Source: the human T2T-CHM13v2.0 reference genome, Homo sapiens. From it: a stretch of 64,000 nucleotides of DNA. Below, piece by piece: positions 55,895 through 64,000 of this stretch. The position numbers and the translations under genes were made by a program. Below the pieces are notes generated by a model that searched no databases, was not told the DNA's origin, and saw only the letters and a list, made by a program, of their open reading frames with translations. Within the stretch, counting starts at the first letter, position 1. Each line of letters opens with the position of its first letter. Where the stretch lies: assembly GCF_009914755.1 (NCBI RefSeq), contig NC_060930.1. The stretch is one strand, 5' to 3'.

Positions 55895-56199
55895 GGCTGG
55901 GTGCAGTGGGTCATGCTTGTAATCCCAGTACTTTGGGAGGCTGAGGCGGGTGGATCACCTGAGGTCAGGAGTTTGATACCAGCCTGGCCAACATGGTGAA
56001 ACCCCGTCTCTACTAAAAATACAAAAATTAGCTTGGTGTGGTGGCAAGCGCCTGTAGTCCCAGCTACTTGGGAGGCTGAGGCAGGGAGAATTGCTTGAAC
56101 CTGGGAGGTGGAGGTTGCAGTGAGCCAAGATTGTGCCATTGCATTCCAGCCTGTGCAACAGAGTGAAACTCCATCTCAAAAAAAAAAAAAAAGAAAAAA
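55895..56199 (+). mobile_element. AluSx/Sq-like
   Basis: Full dimer; 15-bp TSD gaaatagat(t/c)atttg. Confidence 0.95.
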
Positions 56200-58664
56200 G
56201 AAATAGATCATTTGAATAGCCCCATAACTATTAAGAAAATTGAGTCCATTATTTTAGAGCTCCAGAAGAGAAAAGAAAAACCAACTCTGCTGTTATAGGT
56301 GGTTTTACTGGAGAATTATATCCAACATTTAAGGAATTCACATAAATTCTACATATCTTCTAGAAATTATAAGAGGAAGGAAAATGAGAAAATGTCCAGT
56401 TATTCTATGAAGCTAGTATTACCCTTGTACCAAAACCAGACTAAGATATTTCAAAAAAGAAAACTACAGACCAATATTTTTCATGAATACAGATGCAAAA
56501 CTCCTTAACAAAATATTAACAAATAGAATTTAGCTATATAAAAGTAATTCTACTCTATGAACAAGTAGAGTTTATTCCAGAGATACGAGGCTGGTTCAGT
56601 ATAATCCACCATATTATAATAGGCTAGAGACGAAAAATTACATGAAAACAAAAACTACAATTGATATGGAAAAGGCATTTGACAAAATTCAATACCCATT
56701 CTTGATTTAAAAAAAAAATCTCTCAGGAAAACTATGAATAGAGAGGAATCTCCTCAACTTGATAAAGAGTACCCACAAAAAACCTACAGCTAAAATTATA
56801 CATAATATGAAAGACAATATTTTCCCTCCAAAAACAGGAAAAAGGCAACAATGTCTGCTCGCACTGACCAATGGATCAGAACAGAAAATCCAGAAAGAAA
56901 CTTACACAAAAATGCCCAGTTGACTTTTGACAAAGGTACAAAAGCAATTCAATAGAAGTATATTCTTCCCAACAGATGGTGCTGAAGCAATTCAACATCC
57001 ATAGGCAACAAAATGAACCCAGACTTAGGTCTCACACCTTACGAAAAGTTAACTCAAAATGCATCATGAACTTAAATGTAAAATGAAAATCTGTATTTTT
57101 AAAAAACAGAAGATCTTTGGCATATAGAGCTAGGCAAAGAGTTCTTAGTTTTGACACCAATAGTATAATCCAATAAAAGAAAAATTGACAAACTGGACTT
57201 CATCAAAACTAAAAACTTTTGTTCTGTAACAAAAATCTGTTAAGATGAAAAGATAAAATATTTACAAACCGCATATCCAACAAAGAATTAGTACTTAGAA
57301 TATATAAGAACTCTTAAAAATAAATATTAAAAAACTAACAATTAAATTAGAAAATAGACAAAGACATGAAAAGATATTTCACCAAAGAGGAATAAGCACA
57401 TAAAAAGGTTCAACATCATTAGGGAAATGCAAACTAAAACCACATCGAGATATCACTACATGCCTATCAGAGAAAACAGCAAATGCTAGCAAGGATGCAG
57501 AGAAACTGGATCTCTCATAAACTGCAGGTGGGAATATGCACAATGGCACAGTCACTCGGGAAAACAGTTTGGTAGTGTCTTAAATTTATACCTACAACTA
57601 CCATTCCATCCAGTAATTGCCCTCCTGGGCATTTATTCTAGAGAAATGAAAAGACACATTCACATAAATTTGTACCTAAGTGATTGTGACAACTTTATTC
57701 ATAATAACCAAAAATTAAAAGCAACCCAGGTGTCCACCAACAGATGAATGGTTAAACAAATTGTGGTACATCCATACCATGGAGTACCTCTTAGAAATAA
57801 AAATAAAGAAGCTATTGATACAAACAACGTAGAGGAATCTCCGAAGAATTATACTGAGTGAGAAAAAAATGTCAATCCTAGAAGGTTACCTACTTATGAC
57901 TCTATTTCTGTAACATCATTGGAATGACAAAATTACAGACATGGAGAATATATTAGTGGTTTCCAGAGATTAAGGTGGAGCAGGGGTGGGAAGGAAGTAG
58001 GAGTGGCTGTAAAAGGGCCACACGAGGGATCCTTGTGGTGACAGAAAGTTCTGTATCTTGACTTTATCAATGGCAATACCTGGGTCGTGATACTGTGGTA
58101 CATGTAGTGTTGTAAGATGTTACCACTGGGGAGAACTGGGTAAAGGATATGCAAGATTTCTCTGTATTATTTCTTATATCTGTGAGTCTACAATTACCTG
58201 AAAATAAAATTATAATTTGAAAAGTTCCACTAACTCCACTTGAAATGCAGCCTCATCTACTTGCATTCACCATTTAGATTTTCAGTATTGTAATGGTGAG
58301 TTTTGTGGAAGACTGAATATATTTTAAATTCTGTAATTGCCTTCTTTAAAAACAAAATGGTAAATTAGCCAAAGAGGTTTGCTAATGACTGCAGGGATTT
58401 CTTTTGTATTATTGATTGGCTTATTAGTAAGCCATGGAAATAACAGAAAATCAAAATGAATAGGTTCCCAATTTGTTTTCTTTTTCTTTAATAGTTGTAG
58501 TCTTCCTTAATCAAATCAAATAGAGGTTATAGGTTATCCTGTGGTTCTTGCTGCCATAGAGAATCATCCAGTTCTCCATAAGAGAATTGTCTGGTTGAAA
58601 TGGATGTCTTATAGAATGTGTTTTATAGAACGGAAGTTGATGACATGTATTCAACTAAATTTGT

Positions 58665-58780
58665 TATTCTTTCACTCATTCCTCCACTCAACAAACATTT
58701 AGAAAGTACCTACTATGTGATAGGCACTGCTCTAGATATGGGATTTCCAGAAGTGAACCAAATAAAGCCTCCAGTTCATC
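58665..58780 (-). mobile_element. L2 tail fragment
   Basis: caacaaacattt..agtacctactatgtgataggcactgctctaga. Confidence 0.6.
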
Positions 58781-59031
58781 TAGAAGAAAAGAGAGTGCGG
58801 CGGGGAGTGCGTTCTTCCCTTCTCTAGCCCGTGACTGTTCACAGGCTTGCCTGTCTAACTGTTCTGCAAGCTCTTGTGTTTGCTTCACCCTGTGAGTGGC
58901 GGCAAAGCAACAGTGGGTTCTCTAAGAACACAAGAAAGAGCTTATCATTCTACGGTTTCATCTCATTTCTTATGAAAATTAATTACTAGTATATCCTCCT
59001 CCTTCCTTTATATATATTCATATATATATGA

Positions 59032-59387
59032 TGTATTAGTCTGTTTTCATGCTGCTGATAAAGACATGCCCAAGACTGGGTAATTTATAAAGGAAAAGAG
59101 GTTTAATGGACTCTGTTCCACATGGCTGGAGAGGCATCGTATCTTGGCAGAAGGCGAAAGACACGTCTTACATGGCACCAGACAAGAGAGAAAAGAGCCA
59201 AGGGAAAAGTTTCCCCCTATAAAACCATCAAATCTCATGAGACTTATTCACTACCACAAGAACAGTATGGGGGAAACTTTCCCTATGATTCAATTATCTC
59301 CCACCAGGTCCCTTTCACAACACGAGGGAATTATAGGAGCTACAATCCAAGGTGAGATTTGGGTGGGAACACAGCCAAACCATGTCA
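59032..59387 (-). mobile_element. THE1B solo LTR
   Basis: Termini intact; perfect TSD TATGA (59027-59031/59388-59392). Confidence 0.95.
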
Positions 59388-60981
59388 TATGAAGTGACAA
59401 ATATCAAGTTTTCTTATAATTGTGCATTCTCTTTAGCATGTTTCATTGTTCATGCATAAATCCCATCCCTTTTTTAAGAGTTTAGATTCCAATTTCTCCA
59501 CAGGAAAAGTGTTGAGAAGTCTAAGCAGGGCTGCATCATCTCAGCTATGATTTTGTAGACTTGCATTGCGGATTGGAATGTTAGGTTGGCTGTCTTTTCT
59601 TTTTATGAATATTTTACTTTATAGTTTTACTAAATGTAAATCCCAAGGATGCTGTATTCATTAAGACTGCATAAGTGATTTTTGCGACCTAGAATTGGAT
59701 GAAATGTCTGATTATGAATAAGAATTTGCAGAGTGTTGTAAAAAGGGTAATGAGGTGCAGTTGAGTCATGAAACCCATTGGCAGGGCTAAGTAAAGGACA
59801 GTCAATAGATAAATCTGTGTGTAGCAAAGAATCTGACACTTTTCCCTAGACTCATGGTATAGCTTTGACAAAGTGCTTTTCTTCAGGTGTAATAAAAGTG
59901 TATTCATTGTGTAAGCAGCTGATAACTACTTTACAACGTAGAATAGAGAGCAGGGGGTAGCCGTGTCTGTCTACACGCACCTGTTGCAGCAGGGCATATT
60001 AGGGTGACACCTGATTCATCTAAAAATAACTCACACATATTCATCCTTAAACCAGGATCCCCTTTGTCTGCACAAGGCGCTAAACAAAACCCTCTTCTGT
60101 CGGAGGCAGAGTGAGAAGGGAGAAGCAGCCCCGCCTCTCTGTATTTTCCCCTTCAGCCAGGCATAGCTCAGTAGGTTCCATCCTTAACCCCAGTACTAAT
60201 TCTCTAGGTCTTTATCTGAACTACTTTTAAATTAAATTTAAGCAACTATTTGCTCCATTAATCCATGCAACCCATTAGCACACTGTGTGCACTTACTGTA
60301 CAGTATTTCAAATGAAGTAAAACTTCAAAGCCGTCTGATAGGTATGGGAAAAGGGGGGCTGATATAGCCAGAAGGAAGTAATAATCTCCCAAGGATTTCA
60401 GCAGGAGAGCTAAACTTAGTGGCAGACTTCACTTTTCGTTTAACTTTAAATGTATAGTGACTTGGAGAGGCTTGGGACCCTGCCTTGTGTTGCAGATAAA
60501 GCCTTAGGAGTAAGGAGGAGAATGGATCTAGCTGGTCAGAATGAATATTTCTGATCATCTTAAATTCTCTTTCCCTGCCCGAGTTACCAGGGAAACCGAG
60601 TTCTTGATATCTCACTTGAAAATAAGTATTTTTACCTTGAAGCAGGAGTCTTATGTCGGGGGAGGGTTTGGTATTATGGGGAGACTCCGAGGGCTGGCAG
60701 GAGAGGGGCAGGGTCAAAGGACAAAAGCCACTGCCCCTGGAGTTAGTCCAGCAACTTGGGTCTGACTTCAGGGAGATTTTATGGATCCAAAGGAACAAGG
60801 CCGTTTTGTTCCCTCTCCTTGTGAGAACTGAAATACATAAAAGATGGGTGCATTTCTCCACTTTGATTTTCTCTCCCAGTTATGAAGTGGACTGGACTGA
60901 ACTAGGTCTTTCCAGGCAAATTGGAAATAGATCAGCATGGATCAGTCTTCTGAAGCCTACCTCTGGCATCCAGTCCCATAA

Positions 60982-60983
<2 letters not shown>

Positions 60984-61029
<46 letters not shown>
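60984..61029 (+). repeat. (CA)23 microsatellite
   Basis: Direct, uninterrupted. Confidence 0.97.
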
Positions 61030-61030
<1 letters not shown>

Positions 61031-61899
61031 CCTTCGACGGTATAGTTTCATTTTCTCCATGCACAGCTCATATTTATCTGACCCTAAGGATCTTCAAATA
61101 CATGAATACCTACAGTTTCTACAGTATGGTACAGGGGGCACACATCCAAATCCATGTGAAGGAAAAACTTTTGTCGCAACTCCCTCTCAGCAAATAGCCT
61201 TTTATCGAAAAACTAGAGAAACTCTCATCAATGACTTCTCTTCCCATTTTAATACAATATTAATTCAACAAGAATCTATCATACCAGAACCTCCCTAAAA
61301 AGACTAAAAGCACCCCCAAAACAATTATTCCTGAAAACGAAGAAAACAATACTAGATAATGGATAATGAAATGCTGAATGGAATACACTCAGATGCAAAA
61401 AAAAAAAAAAAAAAAAAAGTTCAGCCAGTGTGTCCTGGGGGCTGGGATTTAGAGGTATGATTAGGAAATGATCAATCAGTGTGAGCTGCAGGTTCTCCCG
61501 TAAACTGAAAAAAGATGTCTCTGTTTTAGGGACCTACGGTCATTTTCAGTGCAGCCACGTTTCCCCTGGTTGACTCATCTGGTTGTTTATCCAGTTTTTA
61601 AATCTGAAATTCATACCATTTTGAGTCACAATTGCACTGTGGACAATCACAATTAAAATGCTTAAGTGAAAAGCAAATACTGTCTTTCCAGAGAGTGTCT
61701 ACTGATGCGCTGAGTAAGAAGTTGCTATTGGTTACTTGTTCACTGGAACATACTTTAAGTGTGGATGTGCATTGTGTTATAATTGCTTGTGGAAATGGCC
61801 TTTCTGTTTTCAGATTTTTGTGTAGCCTTCTATTGCTGCTGTTGTAATAGCACTGTTTTTCTTTTCATATAAAAAGTGAGTTAGAAGCAGATAAAAAGA

Positions 61900-62160
61900 G
61901 AAGCATTTGATTGCCCTCAATCAGGCGCTGGCTTGCGGTTGTCATTAAATCAGAGGCTTATTTGAAATCCGTTATTGGCAGTAACCCATTCTTAGCCAGC
62001 TTATGTGATTCTCGAGTTCGTGTGTAATTTCATGTTTTATTTGTTCTTCATGCACTGCTTCCGTGATGTGCACATTGTTATGCACCATTTCTGGGGAGTC
62101 TCACCTTGGAGCGTGCTTAGAAAGCTGGCAGAAAACAGTATTCGGTCTGTGGGTTAGCCA
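61900..62160. promoter_or_regulatory. Candidate conserved non-coding/regulatory element
   Basis: Repeat-free; 8 CpGs in 61921-62145 in otherwise CpG-poor DNA. Confidence 0.25.
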
Positions 62161-63679
62161 TGTGGAAATGACAGTGTAAAAACCAAATTGAATTCATAAG
62201 CCAAGTCCTTCATTTCTTGCTCAAAATAGTAACTGCAATTCAAAATGGCATCATTTTGACATTTTTTAGTTTCCTTACATATGAGGTAGAGAATGCTCAA
62301 AGTCAGCTAAATCATTAAATCTTTTCTGATTTCTATCCAAATTCTCTTTGGACTTAAAAAGAAAAAAATGTGACTACCTCAGGCTGAAAGTGAAGTGAAA
62401 TGTACTTGTAAAACTAGAGCTTGGAGGCGTGGATGCTCCATTTCTCTCTTGGTCGTTGGTGATTCTATATGACTGTATCTTATAAATATATACATTTGTG
62501 TCCATAAGTGTCCATGTATTTTAATATTGATTAGTTTCTCCACACCTACTCTTCTTTGCCTGTTAAACCTCTCCCAAGGAGGAATATTCCTGTCATGCAT
62601 TATTGTAAGTAAATAACTGTGAAAGTTAAGATCATTTCTTACCCATATGTCACCTCTAACCTTTGTGTAAAATGTCTTTTACATTAGCATAAATATTAAG
62701 AAGATGCCATTTCTGCTATATATAGGGCTGCCTTCAGCTAATCAGTTTTTCATGCATTTAAATAGAAATATTAGAATGATGGTAATTACTTTAGTTTTCC
62801 ATGAATGATCCATCAAGACAGTGCCTTTTACTAGATGGTATTGCTCAGGGTTAGTAGGACCAAATTCGATTGTTAGCTGGGTGATCTTCAGTGTCTTGTG
62901 ACTTTTAAAAAAAAAAAAAAATTCATTCTCAACTCTATTGTCTTTTCTAAGAGTAAATGCACAAATCGCTTTAAGAAGAATAATCTGTAGTGCATGGAGA
63001 CTGAGAGAAATTGTAATTCATTGTAAAATAAGTCCTGTTTATTAAATGCATGAAAAACAAAAGATTTTCAGGCAGGTGACAAAACCTCACACACACGCAC
63101 GCGCACACACAATGAATGTGAGAAAATTCATACTTTTTGAAAAAGTGCCTTTATCAAACAAGACTATATTACTTTCATGTATAAACTCAGGCTTTATAAG
63201 GTTGAATTTAAAACAACTTGAACTTCTGTGCATTGTTCACATATCCTTAAACAGTCTTTATCTGCTACAGTTAGATGTCGCTGATGAACAATATTTTAAA
63301 CAATTTCATATTAGTGTTGCCTGGTAGCTGATGGTTCTGCTTCAGTTGCATTTTGCTCTTTGTCTGCAGAGCAGTATTTGTTTGCACCAAGAAATCGAAA
63401 TAATTGCATGGTTTGCTTCATTGTTTTCTAAAAATTAGCAGAAAATTGGAGAAAATGATTGGTTTGATACTGCAAAAAGCGTAGTCTTTTAAACCCAGAT
63501 AAGGAAAGAAATCTTGACACGTGCTGAAAGTTGCAAATCTTTAGTTCAACAACAGAATTATTGAACTTGAGCAAGACAAATATGTATTTAACAAGAAAGA
63601 AAAGAACAAATATTGAAACATGATACTTTCATATTATAAAAAATCTTCCACAAAATTACATGTTTGTATATATTTATAT

Positions 63680-63872
63680 ATACATGTAAAGAAATATATG
63701 TGCATTCTTATAAATGCATAGGATGGAAAATACCAGACTTATAGCAATGGTTACCTCTGGGAATGAGAGTGGAATTTGTAAAAAGAAGGTAGAGAGACTT
63801 TTGCTTTTTACTTCAGTATTGTCTGTGGTTTTGCAATATATATTTGTATATTATTTGGGTAATTTGAAAATA
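63680..63872 (+). mobile_element. Old L1ME/MC 3' end
   Basis: tagcaatggttacctctgggaatg...gacttttgctttttac. Confidence 0.55.
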
Positions 63873-64000
63873 GTAACAAGTAAATGACCAAAAAAAGTAT
63901 TAAAACTTAAGATATATCGGCAAAGTTTCCATCTAAAAAGTGATGTTTAATTAAAGACGTTAGAATCCTTTGTATAGATCAGAAAATAGAAGCTCCTTGT

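Larger units (their letters stand above)
52625..58222 (+). mobile_element. L1MC1-like LINE with 5' and 3' ends, internally deleted, hosting three insertions
   Basis: L1MC 5' end (gactt..acttctgtaaagatggagtac); ORF2 endonuclease remnant 53230-53780; L1MC1-type 3'UTR gagggatccttgtggtg...caattacctgaaaataaaa. Confidence 0.8.

Noticed and set aside
58270-58301. tttcAG|TATTGTAATG|GTGAGT micro-exon-like pattern
   Set aside because: 10 nt, short pyrimidine tract, directly beside an L1 tail; too weak without RNA data
60156-60185. tRNA-like 5' end/A-box (GCATAGCTCAGTAGG)
   Set aside because: No spaced B-box, cloverleaf or terminator; likely chance
60325-60861. Longest ORF (178 aa, minus strand) and overlapping + ORFs
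   Set aside because: No recognisable domain, no convincing splice context; length is compatible with chance in 64 kb
61030-61418. A22 run suggesting a processed pseudogene
   Set aside because: No AATAAA upstream, no TSD found and no recognisable parent

Overview
AT-rich primate (human-like) non-coding DNA, either a large intron or intergenic; the species and locus cannot be named from sequence alone. I see no credible protein-coding exon: the recognisable ORFs are L1 ORF2 tails, a dead HSMAR2 mariner transposase, and Alu/LTR reading frames. Much of the window is interspersed repeat: 10 AluJ/S (no AluY), several L1 remnants, about 14 LTR insertions (mostly MaLR, including two proviruses with both LTRs), hAT/Tigger/mariner elements, MIR and L2, often nested and with target-site duplications (TSDs). 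Subfamily names come from remembered consensus sequences and need RepeatMasker/Dfam confirmation; boundaries of old elements are approximate. I found no new biological system I can defend. The best lead is a ~47-nt, A-tailed, TSD-flanked insert in a THE1 internal region whose body matches the 3' end of tRNA-Leu (possible retroposed 3' tRNA fragment). Other leads are a 75-bp short-range templated duplication, candidate non-coding exons, DUX4-type motifs in MaLR LTRs and CpG-retaining repeat-free blocks.
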